Of a stretch of 64,000 nucleotides of DNA, positions 39,466 to 51,770 are shown in pieces. This DNA is from Carcharhinus amblyrhynchos. Its lineage: Eukaryota. A program made the position numbers and the translations under genes. Under the pieces are notes generated by a model. That model was not told the DNA's origin. It searched no databases and was given only the letters and a program-made list of their open reading frames with translations. The stretch covers positions 61,008,001 to 61,072,000 of the forward strand of contig OZ336874.1 of assembly GCA_965287045.1 (NCBI GenBank), written 5' to 3'. The first letter of the stretch is position 1, and every line of letters starts with the position of its first letter.

Positions 39466-41599
39466 GGATCATTGAGGAAGCAGCTGAAGATGTTTGGGCC
39501 AAGGACACTACCGTGAGGAACTCCTGTAGCCTTGTCCTGGGACTGAGGTGACTGACTCCAGCAACCACAAATATTTTCCTTTGTGCTGGGTATAACTCCA
39601 AGGTAGAATTTTCTTCCTTATTCCCATTGATGCCAGTTTTCTGGGGGCTCCTTGATATCACACTTGGTCAAATGTAGTCTTGATGTCAAGGGCAGTCACT
39701 TTTACCTCACAATTTGAGATTAGCTCTTTTGTCCATGCTTGGACCAAGGCTGTGATGAGGCTCAGAACTGAGTGGCCCTGAAAACACAAACTGCATGCTA
39801 ATGTGCAGGTTATCATGGAGGAAGTGTCACTTGATACCACTGCTGATAATCCCTTTCATCACTTTACTGATGATTGAGAGTAGACTGAATGGATGATAAG
39901 AGGCCAGTTTGGATTTGTCCCGCTTTTTGTGGAGAGGATATACCAAGACAATTTTCTACATGGCAGGGTAGATGCCAGTGTTGTAGTTGTACTGGAACAG
40001 TTATATATGTGCACAGCTAGTTCTGGAGCACAAGACTTCAGGACTATTGCTATGATATTGTCAGATTCCATATCCTTTGTAGTATTCAATGCTTTCAGCT
40101 ATTTCTAGATATCATGCATAGTGAATCTGTTACCCTCAAAGACTCTATCATTGATGAGTCCGAGATGATGTGGGTTTCAGGAAGTGGGCAAGATGAATAA
40201 TCAGATCAGTCCTTCTGCCTGAAGGTGGCTGCAAAAGTTTCAGCCTTGTCTTTTGCACAGATCAACTCGAGTCCTCCTTCATTGAGGATGGGGATAGTTT
40301 TGGAGCTCCTCTCCCGATTAAATGTTTAATTGTCCACCACCATTCATGACTTGATAATACAAGACTGCAAAGTTTAGATCTGATCCAGTGGTTACAGAAT
40401 TGCTTCACACTGCCTTTTGCAGTCTTTGGTGTCTGACATTCAAGAAATCAGTATAGTAACTTCACCAGGTTGACACATTTTTAGGTATGCCTGGTGCTGC
40501 TCCTGGCATTTCCACCTGCACTCTTCATTGAACCAAAGCTGATCTCTCCTGGCTCGGTGGTAATGGTAGAATGGGGGATATGCTGGGTCATAAATTTACA
40601 GGTTGTGTTTGTATATAATTCTGCTACTGCTGATAACCCAGGGCATCTCATTAACCCAGTTTTGAACTGTTAGCTTTGAAATCTATCCCACGCAACAGAG
40701 TGGAAGGTATCCTTAATATGAAGGTGGGATTTCATCTCTGCAAGGATTGTGCAATGGTCATTCTTATCAATACTGTTATGGACAGATGCATTTGTGACAT
40801 GTGGGTTGGTGAGAATGAGAGCAAATAGGTTTTCCCCTCTTGTTGGTTTACTAGCCACCTGCTGCAGATTCAGTCCTTTCGCACATGATCAGCTGAGTCA
40901 GTAGCGGTGCTACTGAGTCACTCTTGGTAAAGGATAATGAAATCTCCTACCTAGAGTACATTCTGTCCCCTGCCACCCTTAATATTTCTTCCATTTGGTA
41001 TCAACATGAGTAGTACTCAAATGGAGGAGTAGTGGTGGATAGTCATCAGCAGGGGATTTCCTTTCTCATGCTTGAACTGATGCCATGAGCCTTCATGGGG
41101 TCCAGAAACAATGTTGAGGTCTCACAGGATAACTCCCTCCTGTCTGTATACCACTGTCCACGATTTCTATTGACTCTATCCCTCTGCTGGGACAAGACAT
41201 ATCCAAAGATGGTGATGGTGGTGTCTTGGGCATTGTCTGTAGGGTAATTCGTGACTAAGACTATGCCAGGCTGTTGCTTGACTTATCTATGGGACAGCTC
41301 TTTTAATTTTGGCAAGCAGGTTGGAGGATTTTGCAGGATTGACAGGGCTGGGTGTCCCATTGTAGTTTCTGGTGCCTGAGTTAATATCAGCTGGTCCATA
41401 CAGTTTCATTCCCTTAGGCTTCACAGCTAAGTGACTTGCTCAGCCATTTCAGAGGGCTGTTAAGAGTCAATCACATTGTCGTGGGTCTGGAGTCATATGT
41501 GGGCCAGACCAGGTAAGGATAGCAGTTTTCCTTACCTAAAGGATATCAGTGAACCAAATGAGTTTTTATAAGAATTGATAATGGTTTCATGATCATTGT

Positions 41600-42595
41600 T
41601 GAGGACAGAGGAGGGAGGCAAATCTGTCAGTAAGCAGAAGTATTTAGTTTTTCAAAAAGGCTGCGTCATATTTCCTAAAACTCTCTGTGAGGCAGCAAAC
41701 TCTCTTTTGGGTTAAATCAGAGGTATTGTTTGTTCACACATTTCAAGCCAGGTAATTGTTGCAACTTCATATATACAGACAAGCACACAATAAGAAGATA
41801 GGAAAGATAAGTTTTTGAAATTCCTGTGGCTAACTTAAAGAAGAAGCACCATAGATGTGGACATTAGTTCACATGATGGCCAGTGTCTGAAAGTCAGAGT
41901 CTAATGAGGTTCCTTCATGGAGGAGTTATAGTTCAGCTAGCTGAAGCAAGATTTTGTATAATTCCTTAAAGTTGATGGTGATACAGTGAAATGAGATTAT
42001 TATCCAGAGACTTGGTCTGCTTGGCAGATGATGGCAGCAATCTTCCAGAGAAACCGGTTCCAAAGATTCTTAGGGTTCAATTTTACAGCCTTGCTAGGGC
42101 GAGATCAGAAATTCCTGCCCAAGGTCAATGGAGATTTCTGTTGTTGGACCCTCATCCACACCAATTCTGTGGCTAGTGAGGTGATAAGAGTTTCAGCCTT
42201 AGACTTGATACAAGCTGGTGGTCAGCCTGGAGTCCTGCTTGAAATTTTGTAGACTGGAGTTTAAACTGCAGACTGGGTTGCAAGTTCAGAAATATAATAT
42301 TGAATCTTTCCAAAGGCCAGAGGTTTAGGTCATCTGATATCGTCTACTAGTGAGTCAGTTGCAGGCTAACAAAAATCTAGTCAAAATCCATTGTTCACCT
42401 TCAAAATTAAATACGGTGGTTTTTAGTGCCTCTGCAGGTATAAAAGTTTTTGATGGCTTCCCCTTTGTATAGGACCATGCTGGATGGACAGATAACCTGT
42501 TGGACAGTTCCAGAAACTGTAGCCAACTTATGAGTCATGTGACCTTTAGCCGCTAACGTTTGGTTCAGTAAAGTCCACTTTATACAGAAGCAAAA
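41600..42595. other. Unclassified ~1-kb insertion splitting the LINE 5' region
   Basis: Its flanks appear contiguous in the homologous copy near 2250-2320. No convincing ORF, TIR or TSD. Confidence 0.45.
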
Positions 42596-42772
42596 ATATA
42601 AGGTTTATTAATTAAATTTAAAATCCACCAGTGATCACAGTGGCCTTTGAACCTGTGCCCTCAGAGCATTAACCTGGGCCTCTGGATTACTGGTCCAGTG
42701 ACACCATTGCTTCCCAATTTAGGGAGCTGACTGGCTTTCCATGGTGTTGCCAGCTAAATCAGAGCAGCAGCG

Positions 42773-43090
42773 ACTCGTAGAAACCCTACAGTGCAGAAGG
42801 AGGCCATTTGGCCTACCAAGTCTTACCCAGGCCCATCCCCTGCCTTATCCTAATAACTTCACATATTTACCCCGCTAATCCCCCTAATCTACACATTTTA
42901 GGACACAAAGGGCATGTTAGCATGGCTAATCCTAACCTGCACATCTTTGGACTATCGGAGGAAATAGGAGCACCCGGAGGAAACCTCACAAACACAGGGA
43001 GAATGTGCAAACTCCACACAGACAGTCACCCAAGGCTGAAATCAACCCCAGATCCCTGTCACTTTGAGGCAGTAGTGCTAATCGCTGTGT
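42773..43090 (-). mobile_element. HE1-like V-SINE
   Basis: V-domain, head remnant and CR1-type tail. Confidence 0.88.
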
Positions 43091-46000
43091 ATTGAGTTGA
43101 CCTCAGTTGCCTTGAAGCAGCCCTGAGAGAGGTGAAAACTGCTGAGGCTGCAAGGAGAAGAGGCTGTGCTGTACGGGGGGGGGTTGGAGAAGTAAAATAT
43201 TTGTTCCTGGGCTGGGGCAAGCAAACCCTGGCAATTTGAGGGAAACCATTCCAGCTTCAATGTTGGGCCCTGGGTTTGGCATGCTGCTGGGAGACTGCCT
43301 CCATGCAGCAGGTTGTCTCCCCAGATGGCTGGGGTGGGGGTGATGCTCCACTGCCTGGGAATATGGCCATTACTTAATGCTTTAATTATTTAAATTGGCC
43401 ATTTGCTGACTGGAGGCGGATAGTTAAGTAACACCATTCCAGTTGCTGGAAGAATGACCCAGCAGTTGGATTGTGTCCAGCAAACCCTCCCAATGAGGTA
43501 CCTAGTATTTTATTGCTTGCCACATCCTCATCCCATCGCTTCCTAGCCTGCAACTTGGTGCTTGGCAAAATCAAGATAGACAGAGTTGGGAAGAAATGAA
43601 ATAATCAAAGACAACAGCAGCAACATGACAGATATAAAAAGATTAATGTTATTTTGTGAACTTTAATCAAAATGTGTTTCATTGTTTGCATACTTTCATT
43701 AGCGAGGCTTGCACTTGTGCATGCATTGGATATAGTGTAAAAAATGCACATAAAAATATGGCATGTTCACTATAAATCAACATTAAGTTAGATATGACTG
43801 GATAGACCTTAAAGAAGTAATGTAACCTTCATGAGGTAATGCAAAATACGGAACCAACAAGATGTTTGGAAAAGCTTCATTTGAATCTTTAAAACCTTGT
43901 GATAGCTTATCTTTCCAATCCCCACATTAGGCCCATAGGAAGGCATAGTGCAGCTTCAGGTAGCAAAGGTATTCTGTCAACTAATGACATTATTTGTTTT
44001 GAAATTCTAACATAGCAGCAGCATAACTGATATGGCCACCAAACTTGCAAGAAATGATGAATAGATGTGTCATAGCAGATAATGTAACGTATATTAATAA
44101 AGTCTCAAATGAAAGCACATTTTATGAGAGTACTTCAAGAAGACATTATGGACTTGAAAAGAAGAAAATGAATTGGAAGTTTTATTTCAACTGCAATCTT
44201 TTTTTTCAGGTTTTCATTGTTAAATGTTATTATCTTATACTTTTAAACTGCTTTTTCTGCAAAATATCCAAGTGTGCATGCTTTTATAATTACTTGACAT
44301 TTGTTAAACAGCCTATCTAAAAATTCAGTCCCCCTTCCACTTCAAGCCATTTTCAGAACTGGGCAGTGTGCTGTATATTTTTTGTTTTAAAACTATTTGA
44401 GATGGTGCATTGTAATAGATGTTACTTTTTTCATTTACAATTTCAAGATATCATTTTAATTTTTCTCATACTGCATCTTCTCTGTCAATTGCAAGACAAC
44501 AATCCAATTAAGAGATCAGACCTTTGACCAAAATTCAAGTGGTCGATCTGTATCTGAGGTGAGATTAATGCTTTGATTTTAATGAAGAGCAGTCATTGTT
44601 ATTGATTATATTTGAAGGCAGTGAAATTGCTTTTCAATTGTTTTTCTACCATTGTGGGATTGCATTTCTCTTTCCTTTTCAGTCTCCAGATAACATGTGG
44701 CTTATAATTTTGAAGGAATACCAGGAGAGAAATGAATCCTATTGTGCTTATGTTTTCTCGGTTAAAAAATTGTATTGGGGGGCACTTACTTCTGGGTGCT
44801 ATCTCACAGAACCAACCACTGCTGGAATGGTGCTGCCGCCAAAATTCTAGCTGCTGATTTCCACTGCCCGGGGTGCCTTCCTGAAACAAGAATTAGGCCC
44901 TTCCAGTATGTTCATCATCTACAAATGCCTGTTTGAGCACCCCACGCTAAATTTGGTCTGTATGCGGCACAGCATTTATGGCACATGCTCCACTCATTTA
45001 TTCAGGGTCTACAGCAGCCTAAAGACTGGACCCTAATGATGGGTTAACACTTTTTAGCTACGTTTTTGTGGAGCTAAAAGGAGCAGTTGTCCTGCTCCTG
45101 GCTCTAATATAGCACTGCAGACCATTTGGACCTCCTCCTCCACCCCTCCCCCACCCACTCCCATCCCAGAACAAACTCATAGGACAGTCTGAACTTTGGA
45201 GCTAGACAATTTTCAATTTTCTTGAAGACCAGCCATATGTTTAATGCCTTCACCTGAATAGTTTTACATGGATGATGCTTGATGCGTAATTTCAACTGCA
45301 CCTTATATGCAGGCATCTTGGGGTGTGCATCTTCTTCACGGTGCCCATTTTATGCCAACTGCTCCTATTTCTTGGATATTAACTTTATGAAATAGGATCT
45401 GAAGGAATATTGAATTGGTCATGAATAACTTACAGTATTGTTAAATTAGATCTCATTCGATGCAAATCTGCCCACTCCAGGCATTGTGATTCAGTATTAA
45501 GAATAAAAACATGAAAGTCAGTCATTTCCTGCTTATTTAACTCTGAAGATTAACCAAGGATTTACAAGCTGCTAACCATCAGCAGGGAAACAATTACCCC
45601 CTGCCTGTTTACAATTATATCTTATTGATCTAAAAAAATGGACCAATTCTACATATTTCCATATTGCAGCCAAGCAATTTAGTAATACACTTGAAGCTGA
45701 ACGACAGCTGCAATAAAAAAAATCACAAAAATGGCAGGTAGAGTAGAGGAACACCTGCAAAACAAAGGCTGACAGAGTTAAATACAGAAACCTGCACAGC
45801 AGTTACAAAGAGGGAGGTAAATGTTCTGTAGAGTTAGAACACATTCTGAGTACAGCCCTTCCAAGCATTTTGAAAATGTTGAAATCTTAGTTTTGAAAAT
45901 CACTCTAAATTGAACACTATCATTTTAAAGCAAAGAAAGTATATTTTGCCCCAAAATAAAGCAGAGTCTTAACTAATTTCCAAGCCGTGTTGTACAAAGA

Positions 46001-46234
46001 ACTGAAATGCTCTGTGCCTTCATTGACATATTTGTTGCAAAGCTTTTTCTAAAATAAGCCCAGCAGCACAACCTTAAAAAGACAGTGGGAAACCAACCAT
46101 ATTGTAGCAACTACAACCTGTGTGAAAAAAATGCTTACCACACTCAATTTTAAAGATTTAACAAAATTTAAAGTGATAAAGCTACAGACAGAAAATTAGA
46201 AGAGATCAGAGAGAGAGAGAGGTTAACTCTCAAT

Positions 46235-46460
46235 AAAGGTCCATAGGCAGCAAGAGACCACAGATAGAGGACAACTCTGAATAAAGTGCCAAGAGCAATG
46301 AAAGATCCCACGGAGAGGCAACTCCACTGAGGGCAGCAAGAGACCCTACAGAGAGGGCAACTCCACCAAGGGCAACAAGAGGGGCAACAAAAGACCCCAG
46401 AGAGAGAGAATGACAAGAGACCCCGGGGGACAGCAACAAGAGACTTCAGAGCAATAAGAG
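46235..46460 (+). repeat. Degenerate purine-rich tandem repeat
   Basis: Recurrent ggca(g/a)caagagacc and gagggcaactcc units. Confidence 0.7.
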
Positions 46461-46517
46461 AGTAAACAGTTGAAAGAATGGTTAATTGTCCTTCAAGAAT
46501 GAATACAAAATGAATTC

Positions 46518-47135
46518 ATGATCTTTCAACAACATGAAGAAATGAAGCCTCTCTTAAACAGAAGAATGGAAGCACAGCAGAAGGAACTTCAGGTGAGTCT
46601 ACTGAATTACAGGAAAACTCAAGATAATGCCAGTGTGTTTCACAAAGAAAAGGAAAACCTATTGAAAGATCTTCACATACTACAAGAATTCCCTAGGTCG
46701 AGATTTATTCATCTGGATGATTATGAAGAGAAGCAAATGTCACGCTGAACAACATGATGAACAACATGGTTCCAGCAATGTTCCATATGCCAGGAGGAAG
46801 CCAAAAGCCACAAAAAACAGACTGAAAAGCAGCAGAAGAAGTTGAATGAAAGGGAGGAGGCATTGAAAGAAGAAGCCAGCAAACATTGCAAACTGTAGGC
46901 AGATAATACAGCCATGAGTAGCACAATTACAAAACTGAAAATTTGTTTGTGACAGCTGGCCAAAAGTGAAGCCAAAATGAAGGACAAAGACAAATTTCTG
47001 TTGCAGACAGAGAAAGAGATAGAAATCAGATCTGCAAGTATATATCTGACACTGAAGCACAGGGGAATAGAAGAAGGAAAAGCTGAGCTGAATGAAAAAA
47101 ACATAAGCTTGCAAAAGGATTTGAAACTAAAATAT
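46518..47135 (+). pseudogene. Disrupted coiled-coil reading frame of unknown origin
   Basis: ORFs starting at 46518 and 46977 share one frame. The intervening codons read QEEAKSHKKQTEKQQKKLNEREEALKEEASKH, with several stops. Confidence 0.5.
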
Positions 47136-47676
47136 CAAATAAATCTTTCAATTTGGCCCATTGCATTTGCTGCACCCAATGTGGTCTCCTCTATATCGGA
47201 GACACCAAACATAGACTGGGTGATCGTTTTGCTGAGCATCTTTGGCCTGTGCGCAATCAGGACCCTGATTTTCCTATTGCTTGCCATTTTAACACACAAT
47301 CCTGCTCCCATGCACACATGTCTGTCCTTGGCTTGCTGCAATGTTCCAGTGAAGCTCAACGCAAACTGGAGGAACAGCACCTCATCTTCCGGCTAGGTAC
47401 TTTACAGCCTTCTGGCCTCAACATTGAATTCAACAACTTCAGATGATTGGTTCTATCCCACCTCGGCTGCTTTATTTTCATTTTATTTATTTTTAACTGT
47501 TCTCTATCTTTTATTTCTTTATTGTCTTTCTTTATACCTCCCCCCCACTCTTTTCCCTTATTTTATCCCCTCTTTGCTTCCCTTTTCTTCCTTTCTCTAA
47601 ATTTTACTCTCTTCCATCCCGCGCCACGTCCCCCCCACCCCCCCAGATTCCAGCATTTGCAGTAATTTGCTTTTAT
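47135..47676 (+). mobile_element. Penelope-like 3' fragment with GIY-YIG endonuclease
   Basis: Reads CICCTQCGLLYIGDTKHRLGDRFAEH...HFN...RKLEEQHLIFRLGTLQPSGLNIEF. Followed by a pyrimidine-rich UTR ending ttccagcatttgcagtaatttgctttt. Confidence 0.9.
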
Positions 47677-47842
47677 CAAGCAAGTGTTTGGCTGAAATTG
47701 TGACTCAAATGGAAATGAAAATTCCATTTGTGTGACACGAATAAAAGGCAAAACATGGCAAGCACTATGAAAAAAGAAAATGAGAGTTCATTCCAGGAAT
47801 GAACTGTGCGCATTTCCCTCAGAAGAACAAGTCAAACTCACA

Positions 47843-49367
47843 GGGCAGAATTTTACCACCCGAAAATGGGTGCAACACGGTCATAAAGTGGGGTGTAAAG
47901 CTATTAGCGTGATGGGCAGCAGTTTTCATGACTGGTGCCAAATTACGAAAATAGGATTTCCAGTGCGGTTAGCCTTTTGCCAGAAATAGGTCTCTGCATC
48001 CTCCTTCTCCTGACCACCCTTTTGGGAGACTGCTCTCCCACTTCACGGCCATCAGCAGCTGCTCAATGCCCTCCATCCTAAGGGCCTGTAATTGGTTGCT
48101 CCTGGAGTGGCCTATCTAAGTCCTGCATCTCCTGAGCCACTTCCTCCCCCTTAGCCGCCATCATGATGGCCAGCTCTAAATCAATTAGATCTATTCTGCA
48201 TAATGGGGGTTAAAGAGAGTGAGAGATCAATAGATTCATGTCATTGCTTACAACTACCCCAACACCACCTCCCTGCCGCTGCCCCACCCCACCCCATCTC
48301 TCAGTGGAACCAACACAATCTATGGTGCCATAAGTCACCTGATTAGTTTGCCTGCTACTGGCATCGTTAATATGGCTGGCAGGGAGAGTATGATGGTTGG
48401 TGTGTGGGCATGACCATTGCGCTCCCTTGAGCCATTGCCATGAATACAACTACAGAATTCCCTTTCAGGCATGTGTTGCAAGTCAGGCACACAGGGCAGG
48501 GACAGACTCCTTCTTAGCACAAGTTGGGTTCCCATTCACTGCAGAATACATGCAATATGCATATCTATGTTGACCAGAGCACCCCCTGCTTGGAGCAGCA
48601 GCTGCCTGAACTGATGAGCCCTCAAGCAGCACATGGTTCACTTCCCCTTCTCCCCATTCCTCCTTCCTAAAACCCCAGCTCTCAGTCCAGTCCCACATCA
48701 CACCCCACAGCCAGAGCAATGGAACAGCCCAGTGGCTGCAAACAGCAGCCTGACCAAGTGTCAGTAAAGGACCCCACTGCACCCCACAGAGACTAACTAC
48801 ATAGAACACCCTTGAGCCTGGGGACAACACATCCAGCTCTCCAAGGACCTCCCATGGCAAGCAGAATTTTCTAGACTCTGCTTTCAACCTCCCATGCACT
48901 CTGGGGCTGCAACTCCATAAAATGTATCTCCTTTCTCCTGTTCAATGCTGCCATGCCACATCCCGACTTTACACTGCTGTTGTAATCCCCATCAGTGTGA
49001 TGTCACGTCAGAGTGGGGGGAGACGGTAACTGTTCCATTGTTCTGACTGTGGGGTGTGTTGCAGGACTGGACTGACTGCTGTGGTTTTAGGGAGGGGGGC
49101 TAGGGAAGGGGGAAGTGCACCATGTGCTGTTTGAGGGCTCATCAGTTCTAGTCATGGACCCACTAATTAAATGATAAGGGATGTAAACATATACTACTCT
49201 CCATTACACTGATTTTGAGCTTGGATCCATCAACGCTGAAAAACTTAGGTTGGAAGATGTGCTCAGGTCCAGCTGCACAGTGCAAACCATGCAAATTGGC
49301 CGTCGCTTGAATCTCCCAGCCCGCTGTGCTAAAAAATCAGCAAAGTGAGATGGAAGAATTGCCCCCA
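47843..49367. mobile_element. Probable non-autonomous Harbinger-type element(s)
   Basis: Starts gggcagaattttacc (like the TIR at 7791) and ends ggaagaattgcccc. More GC-rich than its flanks. Confidence 0.5.
48608..49148. repeat. ~120-bp imperfect inverted repeat (48608-48727 / 49030-49148)
   Basis: gaactgatgagccctcaagcagcacatgg...caatggaacag aligns with the reverse complement of ctgttccattg...gagggctcatcagttc. Confidence 0.85.
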
Positions 49368-49502
49368 TTGCTCTTCTGTGACTTGAACAACTGATGACAA
49401 ACATAAAGGTGTTTTAAGTATAATCAATAACTCTGGATTATTTTATATGTTAGTGCTCAAAATTACATTCTCAGCCAAGTAAGAACACTATCATTTTTAA
49501 AT

Positions 49503-49755
49503 TTTTTATTTTTGTCACAAGTTGGCTTACATTGACACAATGAAATTACCCTACTCTTCACACTCTGACACCTGTTCAGGTACACTGAGGAAGAATTTAG
49601 CATGGCCAATGCACCCAACCGATATGACTTTTGGACTCTGGGAAGAAACGGGAGCACCCAGAAGAAACCCACACAGACACTGGGAGTATGTGCAGATGCT
49701 GCAGAGACAGTGACTCAAGCCGGGAATCAGTGCTAACCACTGTGCCACCGTGCTT
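49503..49755 (-). mobile_element. V-SINE with non-CR1 tail, internally deleted head
   Basis: Matches 32077-32365. Confidence 0.85.
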
Positions 49756-50954
49756 TGTTTAAAGCACTTGTTTTTGCACATATTCTCCTTACCTAGAAAC
49801 TAGCATAAGTGTGAAGGAGGACTATAAACCTGACCTTTTAAAAGTGATTGAAGAACAATAATAAATTCAAAACTTCAAGTGATATAAATAATTTGAAAAT
49901 TGTATGATTTCTGGCATTATATGTTATTTTAATTATTTTGTGGTTTCAGTAATTTTGGGTTTTATCTGTCTCGCTTTTGTTTGCTCTAAAAGGTAAAAAC
50001 AGGTTAAAAATATGTAGAGGATTTGCTTTTTTCTTGATCAGACAACATCATTATTTTGACAAGCAGAATGAATGTTCCTGGTGAGGGCGATAAAATAGTA
50101 ATCATCACACAAATTATCAATGTAACTGATCCAACAATTTCAGGCTAGGACAAGCCCATCCAACTCAAGGTGTACAGAATGAGACTATTAATGTACCACA
50201 AAGGGAACATGGGATATGTTATTCTGAGGCTAAGGTAAAATTGATGTGTCAGAGGAGAATTCACAGCAACAAAGGTAAACTTTGTAGAGTATCTTTCCAA
50301 TTGTTGACTAAACTTGACTTTATTTCATAGTTGGACAAATCATCAATGTCAGAGAACAAACTTGCAAGATGTGGCATTAGCTAGATCTTTGAAATATGTC
50401 CTTTAATTTTGTTATGAATTAAATGTAGACAGAATTGAAAATGTTCCATTTGTGTATAGAGAGATATAGCGATGGAGCTTGTTATTGGTTTAATCCAAAA
50501 TCCAGGTATCATAATGACCAGGGAATCATTTTCTGAGCTGATATCATTGAACTAACTGTATAGGACTAGATGCTTCCTGTGGATGTCAACTGCTGATTTT
50601 ATTGCTGAAAGTCCTCTGTGATTTACAACTTCTGGCAGAGATATTAACTGGAGCATCAAAGTGTTATTATGTGTTTATTAGTTTGTAAATAGAGATCATG
50701 AGTATTTTTGATCGGATGATTGAATGATCAATTCTTTTATACCTATGAAGATTTTCTTTACATCGACCCTAATTTAAAATCTTGGAAAAAAATCTCAGCA
50801 AAATTCACTTGAAAGTGCATACCAATTTATTTTATGGAATTCTTATTATGAAATACCAACATTACAATTTCTTCAAATAAATACGACTTGAATTGGAATG
50901 GAAGCAGCATCTAATTTTAACCCAATGTGAAGTAAACAACAGGAATCTATAATG

Positions 50955-51295
50955 TAGCACAGCATGGTAACACAGTACTTAGCACTGCTGCTTCACAGCT
51001 CCAGGGACCTGGGTTTGATTCCTGGCTTGGGTCACTGGCTCTGTGGAGTTTGCACATTCTCCTCGTGCCTGCGTGGGTTTTCTCTGGGTGCTCCTGTTTC
51101 CTCCCACAGTCCATGCAACCAGTTGATTGGCCATGCTAAAATTGAGCCTTCGTGTCCTGAGATGTGTAGATTAGAGGGATTAGCAGGTAAATGTGTAGGG
51201 ATATGGGGGTAGGGCCTGGGTGGGATTGTGGTCGGTGCAGATTTGATGGGCCAGATGATCTCTTTCTTCACTGTAAGGTTTCCATGATTCTATGT
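50955..51295 (+). mobile_element. HE1-like V-SINE with CR1 tail
   Basis: Head with B box ggtttgattcc, V-domain, and tail ccatgattctatg. Confidence 0.9.
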
Positions 51296-51556
51296 GAGAA
51301 TCACCCTTAGTAAAATAGTGAAATTATCCTTTGGACTAATTGTGGCAGTTGTAAAATGGTATGGGATTGTAATGGATATTAAAGCATTTTGAAAGAGTTG
51401 AGTTAGTTGTTAAAAGCCAAAAATTAAATTGGGCAGCGTTAAGGTGGTTTACAATTAGCAGCAATTATTGATCTATTAAACATTTTTAAATCACATTTGC
51501 TCATTCTTAGTGTCATTTGAAATGTAATATTAAAATACCTAATGGTATGCTTACTT

Positions 51557-51770
51557 GATGGCTCAATATGTAAAAGCATCGGCTACTGTTGTACTGAACA
51601 TTACAAACAGGATGGCACCAGGCTTGATCGTTAGTCTGTGCTGTGTTAACATCTCTTACCTTGCACAGGGATAGCAACAATATAAATGGCCTCAGTGGCA
51701 TTGTCTAAGGAGGGGAGAAAAATCGCTTTGAATTCCTGCTTCAGCTTTCTATCCACTGGCCTACTTTGGA
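51557..51770 (+). mobile_element. Possible ancient tRNA-derived SINE
   Basis: A-box-like tggctcaatatg and B-box-like ggcttgatc. Highly decayed. Confidence 0.4.

Larger units (their letters stand above)
37780..42712 (-). mobile_element. Degenerate L2/CR1-group LINE with tRNA-like head and several nested insertions
   Basis: Reads PTRGENLFALILTN, NDHCTI, VLKSCAPELA, FQGHS..SLITALVQAW, TALDIKTTFDQV. 5' region at 41400-41600 and tRNA-like head at 42600-42712. Confidence 0.75.

Noticed and set aside
46235-46460. CRISPR-like array
   Set aside because: The units are degenerate with no unique spacers, there are no cas genes, and the context is eukaryotic.
48608-48640. Hammerhead ribozyme at CTGATGAG
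   Set aside because: No stem II followed by GAAA in either arm.
13378-51295. tRNA genes at SINE heads
   Set aside because: The A/B-box regions are fused to V-domains and LINE tails and do not form cloverleaves.
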